64,000 nucleotides of DNA, from NCBI GenBank assembly GCA_040263875.1, contig JBDQJI010000001.1, positions 13,705 through 77,704 on the forward strand. Reading direction: 5' to 3'. Every line of letters begins with the position of its first letter. Within the stretch, counting starts at the first letter, position 1. Below, in pieces: positions 1 to 9,287 of this stretch. The stretch is from Alphaproteobacteria bacterium. Its GTDB lineage: Bacteria > Pseudomonadota > Alphaproteobacteria > Bin95. The notes below the pieces were generated by a model. It was not told the DNA's origin and searched no databases. It was given only the letters and a program-made list of their open reading frames with translations. Position numbers and translations under genes: made by a program.

Positions 1-1696
1 CTTCGCCGACGTACCGCGCAATCGCCGCGCCGGGGCATTCCTGATAACCGATGGACAAGTCCACGATGCGCCGCTCGCCCGGGATGCTGCAGCCGTCCTG
101 GCCCCGCTACTCGGTGGCGCGCCGTTGCATGCACTTGTTGTCGGTGAGGCCAATGAAGGCGACCGGCGTATTCGCATTACCGCTGCACCACCCTTCGCGT
201 TGGTCGGCGCTGAAGCCGACGTGCGGTTTGTTATTGAAGATGACCCCGTCCAACCAACCCGCCGCCCGGCTGAGGTTACGGTTCACATCGACGGTATCCC
301 CGTTCAGCGCCTGCGGGCTTGGCCCGGCCGCGAAACTGCTGTGCTTATTCCAGTGGACCGTGCAGGCAAACACGCCGTTGAAATTTCTGTTGAAGCTGGG
401 CCAAAAGAAGTCAGCCTGCTGAATAACAAGGCGCTCGCGGAGATCGCTGGCATTCGGGATAGGCTGCGCGTGCTGATGGTCTCAGGCCAGCCCCATGCGG
501 GCGAGCGGGTATGGCGAAATCTCTTGAAGTCCGATCCAGCAGTTGATCTGGTCCACTTCACGATCCTCCGTTCGCCTGAGAAAATCGACTACACATCCAC
601 CCGTGAACTTGCCCTCATCGCCTTCCCAATCCGGGAATTGTTCGAGCGGAAGCTGCCAGAATTCGATCTCATCCTGTTTGATCGCTATCCTAGGCGTGAT
701 CTCATTCCGCCGAGCTATCTGGCGAACATTGTCGAGCATGTGCGGAATGGCGGCGCGCTGCTGGAAGCATCAGATTCCGCCTACGCCAATCCGAACACCA
801 GCTTAGCGGAGTCCGCCCTTGGGGCCGCCTTACACGGCCTACCGACGGGCCGCGTGCTCACATCTGCCTTCCGACCGACGTTGACCAATCTTGGTCGCCG
901 CCACCCAATCACCGCACCGCTAACCGGCAAAGACCCAGAAAACTGGGGCCGCTGGCTTCGGCAGATTGAAGTCGCTCCTGGCGCTGGCACAGTATTGATG
1001 ACTGGCATCGACGAGAGCCCGCTCATTTCCCTGGCGAAGTTTGGCGAGGGACGTGTGGCGCAGGTTTACTCAGACCAGATTTGGCTTTGGGCGCGAGGCT
1101 ATGAGGGCGGCGGACCGCACGGTGAACTGCTGCGTCGCCTCGCCCACTGGCTCATGCGTGAACCGGAACTCGAAGAAATCCGCCTGAATGCCGCAATAGC
1201 TGGCGACATACTGGCAATCGAACGCTTCACCGTTGACGCTGATGCAACCACGACTGTCGAGATTACAGCCCCAGACGGCACGATCACCCAGCTTGCACTA
1301 GAAGCTGAGGAAGATGGCCGCGCTCGCGCTGAAGCACCTGCAGCCTCACTTGGTCTCTACAGGGTGACGGAGGGTGCCCGCGCGGCAATTGTCGTCAAAG
1401 GCGATCCGAACGGACCTGAAGCCCAGGACCTTCGCGCTGATCCTACGCGGCTACTGCCCGTGCTTACGGCAGCCAATGGCGCTGCGTGGCGGCTCACAGA
1501 TAAGGGCCAGCCGCAAATCCGCATGATCCGCCAAGGTCGCGCCGCCCATGGCCGTACTTGGATTGGCCTTCAGGAAAACCGCGCCTTCTCCGTTGAGAGT
1601 GTCCGCGCCGCCAACCTACCGCCCGCATGGCTTGCCCTCCTACTCATTCTGGCAGGGCTAGGCTGGTCCTGGTATCGGGAAAGCAAGCTGAACTAG
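1..1696 (+). CDS. Conserved membrane-anchored protein with GATase1-like (class I glutamine amidotransferase-like) domain. C-terminal fragment; the gene starts upstream of the window. Resembles the large DUF4159/Bat-operon-associated proteins of alphaproteobacteria.
   Basis: The frame of the 125..1696 ORF stays open back to nt 2 with no stop, so the gene enters from upstream. C-terminal single TM helix ([17 protein letters not shown]). The central region resembles GATase1-like domains of BatA-family membrane proteins. Confidence 0.5.
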   Translation, partial: FADVPRNRRAGAFLITDGQVHDAPLARDAAAVLAPLLGGAPLHALVVGEANEGDRRIRITAAPPFALVGAEADVRFVIEDDPVQPTRRPAEVTVHIDGIPVQRLRAWPGRETAVLIPVDRAGKHAVEISVEAGPKEVSLLNNKALAEIAGIRDRLRVLMVSGQPHAGERVWRNLLKSDPAVDLVHFTILRSPEKIDYTSTRELALIAFPIRELFERKLPEFDLILFDRYPRRDLIPPSYLANIVEHVRNGGALLEASDSAYANPNTSLAESALGAALHGLPTGRVLTSAFRPTLTNLGRRHPITAPLTGKDPENWGRWLRQIEVAPGAGTVLMTGIDESPLISLAKFGEGRVAQVYSDQIWLWARGYEGGGPHGELLRRLAHWLMREPELEEIRLNAAIAGDILAIERFTVDADATTTVEITAPDGTITQLALEAEEDGRARAEAPAASLGLYRVTEGARAAIVVKGDPNGPEAQDLRADPTRLLPVLTAANGAAWRLTDKGQPQIRMIRQGRAAHGRTWIGLQENRAFSVESVRAANLPPAWLALLLILAGLGWSWYRESKLN

Positions 1697-2830
1697 CGCC
1701 CATTCCTTGGCGACTTCAGGGTCTGGCTCTAGGGAGCGCCGCTCTGCTGCGAGGCGAGCGGCATGTTCTGCATTTAGGCGGCCCAGCGCCCAGATCGCAG
1801 CGGCGCGGACGAGCGGGCTTTCATCTGCTGCTAGACGTTCCGCGCTCGCAGCGAGATCCGGCCCCCCTGAATTGCCAATTGCGATCAACACATTGCGGAC
1901 AAACCGGTCCCGCCCTGTCCGCTTGATGGGCGATCCGGCGAAAACCTGCCGGAACGCTGCGTCATCCAGCGATGCCAGCTCAGCCAACCGGGGGGCTGCC
2001 AGTTCAGGCCGCGGCCAGAGGCCCGGTTCCCGTGTTTCAACGGCGAACTTGTTCCAGGGACAAACGGCCAAACAATCATCACAGCCGTAGATGCGCACGC
2101 CGATACCTTCCCTGAGATCAAGCGGAATATGGCCTTTGTGCTCGATCGTCAGGTATGAGACGCAGCGCCTGGCATCAAGTTTATAAGGGCCGGTGAAAGC
2201 GTTCGTTGGGCAAATATCAAGACAGCGACTGCACTGACCGCAATGATCCGTCTCTGGCGCATCCGGCTCCAATTCCTGATCCAGAAACATCTCGCCCAAG
2301 AAGAACCAATTGCCCAGATCGCGGCTAACGACGTTGCTGTGCTTTCCCTGCCAGCCAACGCCTGCGCGGGACGCCAGATGCTTTTCCATCACGGGTGCGG
2401 TATCAACGAACACCTTCACGCCCGCGTTATGTTGCTCACTGGTCCAACGCGCCAACTGCTTCAGGCGGGATTTCAGGACGTCATGATAGTCCCGCGCCGT
2501 CTGCGCATAAACGCTGATAGCCCCCCTGTCCTTCGGCTTTTGCTGGGTGAGCGGATTGGCCCGGGGACGGTAACTCATGGCCACAACAACAACGGTCCGC
2601 GCCTCAGGCCAAAGCGTCTGCGGATCAGCCCGCCGATCCGCGTGGGCTTCAAGCCAGCCCATATCGCCCTGCATGCCGGCGTCGAGAAACGCTGCAAGCC
2701 CATCCTTCGCCGCTTGGGTTGATGCAGCAGGCGCAAAGCCGACCGCATCGAAACCAAGAGCGAGAGCCTTATCGCGAATTACGGCCTTTAGCGCTTCTGG
2801 TGTGAGCGCAGCCGCATGAGCCTCAGCCAA
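1658..2830 (-). CDS. queG: Epoxyqueuosine reductase QueG (tRNA queuosine biosynthesis).
   Basis: 390 aa. Two 4Fe-4S cysteine clusters ([23 protein letters not shown]) and a C-terminal HEAT-like tail typical of QueG. Its 3' end overlaps the convergent upstream gene by 39 nt. Confidence 0.88.
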   Translation of the reverse strand: MAEAHAAALTPEALKAVIRDKALALGFDAVGFAPAASTQAAKDGLAAFLDAGMQGDMGWLEAHADRRADPQTLWPEARTVVVVAMSYRPRANPLTQQKPKDRGAISVYAQTARDYHDVLKSRLKQLARWTSEQHNAGVKVFVDTAPVMEKHLASRAGVGWQGKHSNVVSRDLGNWFFLGEMFLDQELEPDAPETDHCGQCSRCLDICPTNAFTGPYKLDARRCVSYLTIEHKGHIPLDLREGIGVRIYGCDDCLAVCPWNKFAVETREPGLWPRPELAAPRLAELASLDDAAFRQVFAGSPIKRTGRDRFVRNVLIAIGNSGGPDLAASAERLAADESPLVRAAAIWALGRLNAEHAARLAAERRSLEPDPEVAKEWALVQLAFPIPGPA

Positions 2831-3608
2831 GGCCCCGCATGAAGCTTGTTCGGGCTTTAGCGGCCTGCATCAGGAAGTTTAGGTCACTGCCTGCCAGCAC
2901 CATTTTCGCACCCATGCCGATGTATTTTGACGCGAGCTCTTCGTCGTAAACGCCGCCCATGCCGAGGAATTTTCCGTTGTTAGCGCAGGCTGATGCGACT
3001 GTCTCATAGGCCTTCCGCACGTTCTCGTGGCCATATTGGCCAGCGATGCCCATTTCGGCGCAAAGGTCATTGGTGCCGATCAACAGTACGTCTACGCCTG
3101 CAACGGCAGCCATGGCATCCGCATTAGCAACGCCTGTTGGCCTTTCAATCATGCAGACAACCAGGATGTTCTCATTCGTCTTCGCAGCCCGCTCCGCCAT
3201 AGGCAGTTCAGCATAGTCCAATTGAGGTGCTGGGCCGCCGATGGAGCGTTTGCCCATAGGCGGATGCAGGCATTGAGCGGCAATGCGTTCAGCTTCCTCA
3301 ACCGTATCGACATGAGGTGCCACGATGCCTTGGGCTCCAGAATCCAAAGGTCGGCTCATTAGATACGAGGCATGGTGGGACGAGCGCACCATCGGCGTGA
3401 TACCAGCATCCAGGCCTGCGGAGCACATCTGCGCCGCCGTATCGATGCCCATGGAATTATGTTCGAGATCGATAAACAGCCAGTCGAACCCGCACACATG
3501 CATGATCTTCGCCGTGTCCACGGTTCGCGCTTGGCGGAGGCCGATGCCAAGCGCCAACTCACCGGCTTTGAGTTTCTCTTTGGTTACATTCGCTGGCATC
3601 GCGGTCAT
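2823..3608 (-). CDS. HpcH/HpaI-family aldolase (2-keto-3-deoxy-acid aldolase / citrate-lyase-beta-like).
   Basis: 261 aa; sequence matches the TIM-barrel HpcH/HpaI aldolase family ([11 protein letters not shown].., GTNDL.. motifs). Confidence 0.72.
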   Translation of the reverse strand: MTAMPANVTKEKLKAGELALGIGLRQARTVDTAKIMHVCGFDWLFIDLEHNSMGIDTAAQMCSAGLDAGITPMVRSSHHASYLMSRPLDSGAQGIVAPHVDTVEEAERIAAQCLHPPMGKRSIGGPAPQLDYAELPMAERAAKTNENILVVCMIERPTGVANADAMAAVAGVDVLLIGTNDLCAEMGIAGQYGHENVRKAYETVASACANNGKFLGMGGVYDEELASKYIGMGAKMVLAGSDLNFLMQAAKARTSFMRGLG

Positions 3609-3644
3609 CCTATATCTGTGGTTTTTGCAAGCATGCCCGAAGCG

Positions 3645-4532
3645 TTAGCGGGCGTCCAATCGCTGAAAGAGCAGCAGCGTCGTGAGATCACCATAGTTGA
3701 TCCTAGCCCTTGCACGCGCCGCCACGCTTGGTTTTGCCCGCCACGCGATGCCAAGGCCCGCACCCTCCAGCATTGGCAGGTCATTGGCGCCATCACCAAC
3801 CGTAACGGCATCATCCAGGCTGATCGTAAGCTCAGTTGAAAGTGCGCGCAGCGTCGCAAGTTTGGCATGCTTATCGAGAATTGGGTCCATCACACGACCC
3901 GTAAGCTTTCCGTCCAGAACTTCAATATCATTTGCCTGATTTCCATTGAAATTGAGGCGTTCTGCAATGCGGCTCGTAAAATACTTGAAACCGCCAGACA
4001 CCAACCTGCACTCCGCACCCGCCTTCCGCATGCCAGCGACCATTGCCGTCGCACCGGGCGAGAGCTCCGTTCCTGCATAGGTGCGCTCAAGCACGGTCGC
4101 GTCCATGCCAGCTAAAAGAGCCATGCGCTCGCGAAGGGCGGATTCGAAGTCCAACTCGCCGTTCATAGCCCGGGCGGTGATTGCTGATATCTGATCCTTC
4201 AGCCCGGCTTCACCTGCCATTTCGTCCAATGTTTCCGTAGTGACGATGGTCGAGTCCATGTCAGCAATCAGCAGGCGCTTGACCCGGTTCACAGATGGCT
4301 GCAACGCGAAATCGATTGCAGCCGGTCCAAGCACTTTCCGGACTGCCGACGCCAAGCGTTCATCCCGAAAATCAGCCTCTGCCGCTATATCCGCTGCGCG
4401 GCCTTCCGCGAATATATCTGGCGCGCTGATTGCCCCTGCACCGCCTGCCGCGAGAGCGGCCTGCCCCATGTCAAGAAATTGGGGGTCGAGCCGATCGCCC
4501 AGCGGCGCTACAAGAGTAAGTATGGCGTTCAC
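3645..4532 (-). CDS. serB: Phosphoserine phosphatase SerB. Start proposed at an internal GTG giving 295 aa; the ORF track's longer 3645..4664 form is probably over-extended.
   Basis: HAD motifs DMDSTIV ... GDGANDLPML. The N-terminus MNAILTLVAPLG matches the alphaproteobacterial SerB N-terminal domain. GTG at residue 45 of the track ORF (4664-44*3=4532). ATG alternatives are at 4574 and 4469. Confidence 0.78.
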   Translation of the reverse strand: MNAILTLVAPLGDRLDPQFLDMGQAALAAGGAGAISAPDIFAEGRAADIAAEADFRDERLASAVRKVLGPAAIDFALQPSVNRVKRLLIADMDSTIVTTETLDEMAGEAGLKDQISAITARAMNGELDFESALRERMALLAGMDATVLERTYAGTELSPGATAMVAGMRKAGAECRLVSGGFKYFTSRIAERLNFNGNQANDIEVLDGKLTGRVMDPILDKHAKLATLRALSTELTISLDDAVTVGDGANDLPMLEGAGLGIAWRAKPSVAARARARINYGDLTTLLLFQRLDAR

Positions 4533-5490
4533 TTCAGATCCTTCCGGTGCGGCTTCAGCCAAACCTGTCCTCATAATCGCTGGCCCCACCGCCAGCGGTA
4601 AATCCGCTGCTGCATTGGATGCGGCACAGCTGACCAATGGCGTGGTGATAAACGCCGACAGCATGCAGGTCTATAAGGGCCTGCCTATAATTACCGCCCG
4701 TCCATCACCCGATGATGAGGTTGCCGCCCCACACCGGCTCTATGGCTGGCTTGAGCCTGATGAGGTGTGTTCTGCCCAACGGTGGCGGGACGCAGCGCAG
4801 GCGGAGATTAAGCAGGCTCACTTAACCGGGCACTTGCCCATCATCTGTGGCGGCACCGGGTTCTATATTGAGACCCTGACGGACGGCCTACCTCCTGCAC
4901 CAGATATTCCGCCAGATATACGAGCCGCCGCCCGGGCTGAGGTCGCAGCAGATATGGCGGCGACGCATGCTTTGCTGCAGGCGGCTGACCCGGCAACAGC
5001 TGCCCGGATTGAACCCCGTGATGCCCAGCGCCTCGCCCGCGCGATTGAAGTATGGCGCACGACCGGATTGATCCCGTCGGAGGTACTGAATAAGCCACGC
5101 ATAGCGCCGTCGGGCTTGGTATTTCATCGCCTGATCCTAATACCAGAACGGCAGACGCTGTATGAGCGCATCAACCGCCGCGCGGCGCTTATGGCTGAGA
5201 TGGGCGCGCTCGAAGAAGCTGCTGCATTTCTTGAGAGAGGGCTGGATGAAGCCTTACCTGCCATGAAAGCCGTTGGGCTCAGAGAGTTCGGCGCCGCTTC
5301 GCGCAATGAAATTTCAACAATTGACGCCATAGAGGCAACGGCCCAAGCGTCTCGACGCTACGCAAAAAGGCAATTTACATGGCTGCGTGGGAGAAGCGCA
5401 GTGTCTGAAATTCTGAATACGCAATATAATTCCAATTATTTGCTAAAAATAGAAGAATATCTCGCCAAAATCGGGTTGACCGTACCCTGA
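4522..5490 (+). CDS. miaA: tRNA dimethylallyltransferase MiaA.
   Basis: P-loop LIIAGPTASGKS near the N-terminus; ATG at 4522 (residue 95 of the over-extended track ORF 4240..5490); 322 aa. Confidence 0.9.
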   Translation: MAFTSDPSGAASAKPVLIIAGPTASGKSAAALDAAQLTNGVVINADSMQVYKGLPIITARPSPDDEVAAPHRLYGWLEPDEVCSAQRWRDAAQAEIKQAHLTGHLPIICGGTGFYIETLTDGLPPAPDIPPDIRAAARAEVAADMAATHALLQAADPATAARIEPRDAQRLARAIEVWRTTGLIPSEVLNKPRIAPSGLVFHRLILIPERQTLYERINRRAALMAEMGALEEAAAFLERGLDEALPAMKAVGLREFGAASRNEISTIDAIEATAQASRRYAKRQFTWLRGRSAVSEILNTQYNSNYLLKIEEYLAKIGLTVP

Positions 5491-5576
5491 TCTGCTTATA
5501 ATCTGCGCAAATCTTGCGACGTTGGCATCTTAGCAATAAAATGTCGCAACTAAATTTCACTGTTACGAGCAATCCC

Positions 5577-7343
5577 ATGTCAGAAAATGAAATGACTGGC
5601 GCCGCGATCATCGTGCGCGCCTTGATCGATCAGGGCGTTGAAGCCGTGTTTGGCTATCCGGGCGGCGCTGTCCTGCCGATCTATGACGAGATATTCAAGC
5701 AGAACCATCTGAAGCACTATCTCGGGCGTCAGGAAGGTGGTTGCTTGCATGCCGCTGAAGGGTACGCACGTTCGACTGGCAAAGTCGGCGTGGCACTTGT
5801 GACGTCCGGCCCGGGCGCAACCAATGCTGTCACCGGGTTAACTGATGCGCTAATGGACTCGATCCCCATCGTCTGCCTCACCGGCCAAGTGCCTACACAC
5901 CTGATCGGCAATGATGCCTTCCAGGAAGCAGACACCACAGGCATCACCCGGCCCTGCACCAAGCATAACTACCTGGTGAAAGACATCGCGGACCTGCCGC
6001 GGGTAATGCATGAAGCCTTTCATGTGGCCTCATCTGGCCGCCCCGGCCCTGTCGTGATTGATCTGCCGAAGGATATTCAGTTCGCAGATGGCATCTATCA
6101 AGGCCCCGAAGAGTTTGACCATCGCTCCTACAAGCCAAAGACTGATCCCAGCACCGAGAAGCTGGATGAAGCGCTTCGCTTAATGGCGAATGCTAAACGC
6201 CCGCTGTTCTATGTGGGCGGCGGCGTTATCAATGCTGGCGGCGAAGCTTCTGAGGATCTTGTGAAGCTCGTGCGCGCTACGGGGTTCCCAATCACACAGA
6301 CGTTGATGGGCCTCGGTGCCTTCCCGACGGACGACAAGCAGTCCCTCGGCATGGTTGGCATGCATGGCCTCTATGAGAGCAACATGGCAATGCATGATTG
6401 CGATCTGATGATTGGTATCGGCGTGCGCTTTGATGATCGCGTGACCGGCAGGCTTGATGCGTTCTCGCCTGGCTCCACGAAAATCCAGATTGATATCGAT
6501 CCTTCATCCATCAATAAGAATGTGCGCGTTGATCTGCCGATCATCGGCGATGCGGGCAAGGCCATCGACTATCTGTTGAAGGGCTGGCGCACGAAGAAAA
6601 TGAAGGCTGATGGCGCAGCACTCGATCTCTGGTGGAAGGTCGTCAATAAGTGGCGCGAAAAGCGTTGCCTCAGCTACGCCCCAGACAAAAATATCATCAA
6701 GCCGCAGCAGGCACTGGAGCATCTGCAGGCCGCGATGGAAAAGGACGCTCGCGAATATTACGTCACGACCGAAGTTGGCCAACACCAGATGTGGGCGGCG
6801 CAATACCTGCAATTCCGCCAGCCACACCGCTGGATGACATCTGGCGGCCTGGGCACTATGGGCTACGGCCTGCCCGCCGCTATTGGCGTTCAGGTGGCGC
6901 ATCCAGACGCGCTCGTGGTCGATGTATCGGGCGAAGCCTCATTCATGATGAACATGCAGGAAATGTCCTGCATCGCGCAGTACAAGCTGCCTGTGAAGCT
7001 GTTCATCCTGAACAATCAGTGGATGGGCATGGTTCGCCAGTGGCAGGAATTGCTGCACGGCGCGCGCTATTCCGAAAGCTACACGGATAGCTTGCCCGAC
7101 TTCGTGAAACTGGCAGAATCGTTTGGGTGGACCGGGATGGTCGCTAACGATCCAAGCGAACTCGACGATGTGATTGACCGGATGCTCACTACGGAAGGCC
7201 CCGTCATCGCTGACATTCGGGTTGATCAGAAAGAAAACTGCTATCCGATGATCCCATCGGGCGCTGCCCACAATGAAATGCTGATGGGCCCAGGCGCTGT
7301 GCAAGATGCAGATGTGAGTTCAGCCGGAAAGGCGCTGGTGTAA
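5577..7343 (+). CDS. ilvI: Acetolactate synthase (acetohydroxyacid synthase) large subunit.
   Basis: TPP-enzyme motifs (GYPGGAVLPIYD, FAD and TPP binding regions). Start chosen at M22 of the track ORF (MSENEMTGAAIIVRALIDQG) by alignment to the IlvI/IlvB N-terminus. Confidence 0.9.
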   Translation: MSENEMTGAAIIVRALIDQGVEAVFGYPGGAVLPIYDEIFKQNHLKHYLGRQEGGCLHAAEGYARSTGKVGVALVTSGPGATNAVTGLTDALMDSIPIVCLTGQVPTHLIGNDAFQEADTTGITRPCTKHNYLVKDIADLPRVMHEAFHVASSGRPGPVVIDLPKDIQFADGIYQGPEEFDHRSYKPKTDPSTEKLDEALRLMANAKRPLFYVGGGVINAGGEASEDLVKLVRATGFPITQTLMGLGAFPTDDKQSLGMVGMHGLYESNMAMHDCDLMIGIGVRFDDRVTGRLDAFSPGSTKIQIDIDPSSINKNVRVDLPIIGDAGKAIDYLLKGWRTKKMKADGAALDLWWKVVNKWREKRCLSYAPDKNIIKPQQALEHLQAAMEKDAREYYVTTEVGQHQMWAAQYLQFRQPHRWMTSGGLGTMGYGLPAAIGVQVAHPDALVVDVSGEASFMMNMQEMSCIAQYKLPVKLFILNNQWMGMVRQWQELLHGARYSESYTDSLPDFVKLAESFGWTGMVANDPSELDDVIDRMLTTEGPVIADIRVDQKENCYPMIPSGAAHNEMLMGPGAVQDADVSSAGKALV

Positions 7344-7347
7344 GATT

Positions 7348-7881
7348 ATGGCTTCCGTATACGAAGAACAGACTCACATTGAGCAGATCGCACGTCACAC
7401 GATCGCGATCCTCGTCAGCAATGAACCGGGTGTTTTGGCGCGCGTAATCGGCCTGTATTCTGGCCGTGGATACAATATCGACAGCCTGACGGTCGCTGAA
7501 ACTGATCACATCGCCGGCCTTTCGCGCATCACCATTGTGACGACAGGCACACCGATGATCATTGAGCAGATCAAAGCGCAACTTGGCCGCCTCGTGCCGG
7601 TCCACAAGGTCTCGGACCTGACAGAAGAGGGCCCACATGTTGAGCGCGAATTGGCGTTGATCAAAGTCGTGGGAACCGGCGAACACCGCGTGGAGGCTCT
7701 GCGGATTGCGGGCATTTTCCGCGCCCGCGCCGTAGACAGCTCAATCGATAGCTTTGTCTTTGAACTCACCGGCTCGTCAGAGAAAGTCGACGCCTTCATC
7801 AATCTAATGAAGCCGCTTGGCCTTGCTGATGTTGCACGAACAGGCGTCGTCGCCATTGCGCGCGGCACAGAGGCGCTTTAA
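7348..7881 (+). CDS. ilvH: Acetolactate synthase small (regulatory) subunit.
   Basis: 177 aa; ACT domain (HTIAILVSNEPGVLARVIGLYSGRGYNIDSLTV) immediately downstream of ilvI. Confidence 0.92.
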   Translation: MASVYEEQTHIEQIARHTIAILVSNEPGVLARVIGLYSGRGYNIDSLTVAETDHIAGLSRITIVTTGTPMIIEQIKAQLGRLVPVHKVSDLTEEGPHVERELALIKVVGTGEHRVEALRIAGIFRARAVDSSIDSFVFELTGSSEKVDAFINLMKPLGLADVARTGVVAIARGTEAL

Positions 7882-7968
7882 AAACCGTTCATCCTTCATT
7901 TGGCCAAAGCGTTCAGCCCAGGCCGTTTATCCATCCAAACCTGTAAAGTCTAAGAGGAGACCCGCCAA

Positions 7969-8988
7969 ATGCGCGTCTATTATGATCGTGATGCCGACGT
8001 TAACCTGATCAAGTCCAAGAAGGTCGTGATCGTCGGCTATGGCAGCCAGGGCCATGCCCATGCCAACAACCTGCGTGACAGCGGCGTGAAAGAAGTTGTC
8101 GTCGCTCTCCGCCCGGGTTCCGGCAGCGCCAAGAAAGCTGAAGACGCGGGCTTCAAAGTTATGTCCCCAACGGACGCGGCCAAATGGGCTGATGTCGTTA
8201 TGATGCTGACGCCTGATGAAGGCCACGCGGCGCTCTGGGAAAATGACCTGCGTGACAACATGCGCGAAGGTGCGGCTCTCGCAGTCGCCCACGGCCTCTC
8301 CCTGCACTTCAACCTTGTTGAGCCCCGCGCCGACATTGACGTGTTCATGGTCGCCCCTAAAGGCCCTGGCCACTTGGTCCGCACAGAGTATGTGCGCGGC
8401 GCTGGCGTGCCAAGCTTGCTGGCGATTGGCCAGGATGCAACGGGCAATTGCCACGACATCGGCCTCTCATATTCCTGCGCCAATGGTGGCGGTCGGGCCG
8501 GCATCATCGAGACCACGCTGAAGAAAGAATGCGAAACCGATCTCTTCGGCGAGCAGGTCGTTCTTTGCGGCGGTCTCTCTGCGTTGATCCAGGCCGGCTT
8601 CGAAACGCTGACCGAAGCTGGATACGCGCCAGAAATGGCTTATTTCGAGTGTGTCCATGAAGTGAAGCTGATCGTTGACCTGATCTACGAAAACGGCCTT
8701 GCAGGCATGCGCTACTCCGTTTCCAACACGGCAGAATACGGGGACTACACTCGTGGCCCACGCGTGATCGACGCCGATACGAAAGTCCGCATGAAGGAAA
8801 TTCTTGGCGAAATTCAGCGCGGCGAGTTCGCCCGTGAATTCGTCACCGAAAACCAGGCTGGTCAGCCGAGCTTTAAAGCCAAACGCCGCATCGGCGCTGG
8901 CCACGAACTCGAAGTCGTTGGCGAACGCCTGCGCGGCATGATGCCGTGGATTTCTGAGAACGCGATCATCGACAAAGCCAAAAACTAG
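7969..8988 (+). CDS. ilvC: Ketol-acid reductoisomerase.
   Basis: 339 aa; N-terminus [35 protein letters not shown] is the canonical class I KARI NADPH-binding start. RBS AGGAGA. Confidence 0.95.
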   Translation: MRVYYDRDADVNLIKSKKVVIVGYGSQGHAHANNLRDSGVKEVVVALRPGSGSAKKAEDAGFKVMSPTDAAKWADVVMMLTPDEGHAALWENDLRDNMREGAALAVAHGLSLHFNLVEPRADIDVFMVAPKGPGHLVRTEYVRGAGVPSLLAIGQDATGNCHDIGLSYSCANGGGRAGIIETTLKKECETDLFGEQVVLCGGLSALIQAGFETLTEAGYAPEMAYFECVHEVKLIVDLIYENGLAGMRYSVSNTAEYGDYTRGPRVIDADTKVRMKEILGEIQRGEFAREFVTENQAGQPSFKAKRRIGAGHELEVVGERLRGMMPWISENAIIDKAKN

Positions 8989-9120
8989 AGCGTTCAGCGC
9001 CCATGCGGGTGCAAGTCCAACGCTCTACCGTGATCATTGCGAGCAAGTTTTCCCGATCGAACTCATTCGATTGGATCGGAAATTGCTTTAGTCGCTAAGA
9101 CTTTACAGAAGTCAGCAAAG

Positions 9121-9160
9121 CGCCGGCCTTGAGGAAACTCAGGGTCGGCGTTTTGCGTTT
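9121..9160 (+). terminator. Rho-independent terminator downstream of ilvC (13-bp stem, GAAA tetraloop, T-tract).
   Basis: cgccggccttgag-GAAA-ctcagggtcggcg followed by TTTTGCGTTT; I checked the pairing base by base. Confidence 0.7.
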
Positions 9161-9287
9161 CTCCAAAGTACTAATCCAACTGGCGCATATTGAGACCACG
9201 TGACAATTCAAGGCTAATTCATTAGACATATGATAAGGCGCGCCCTGTGCGGTCGCTTGACTTTGACAACGTCGCAGGTATGCGCAG

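Noticed and set aside
51-422. ORFs 51..422+ and 107..373- at the window start.
   Set aside because: They overlap the in-frame continuation of the upstream-entering GATase1-like membrane protein gene (frame 2 is open from nt 2). They are alternative-frame artefacts.
1658-1696. 39-nt convergent overlap between the partial upstream gene and queG.
   Set aside because: Short 3' overlaps of convergent genes are common in GC-rich genomes; no further signal seen.
5491-5576. Possible ilv leader peptide or attenuator upstream of ilvI (the track ORF begins at 5514 with MRRWHLSNKMSQLNFTVTSNP).
   Set aside because: The candidate peptide has no run of branched-chain codons and no terminator/antiterminator hairpins. 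It is better explained as an over-extension of the ilvI ORF.
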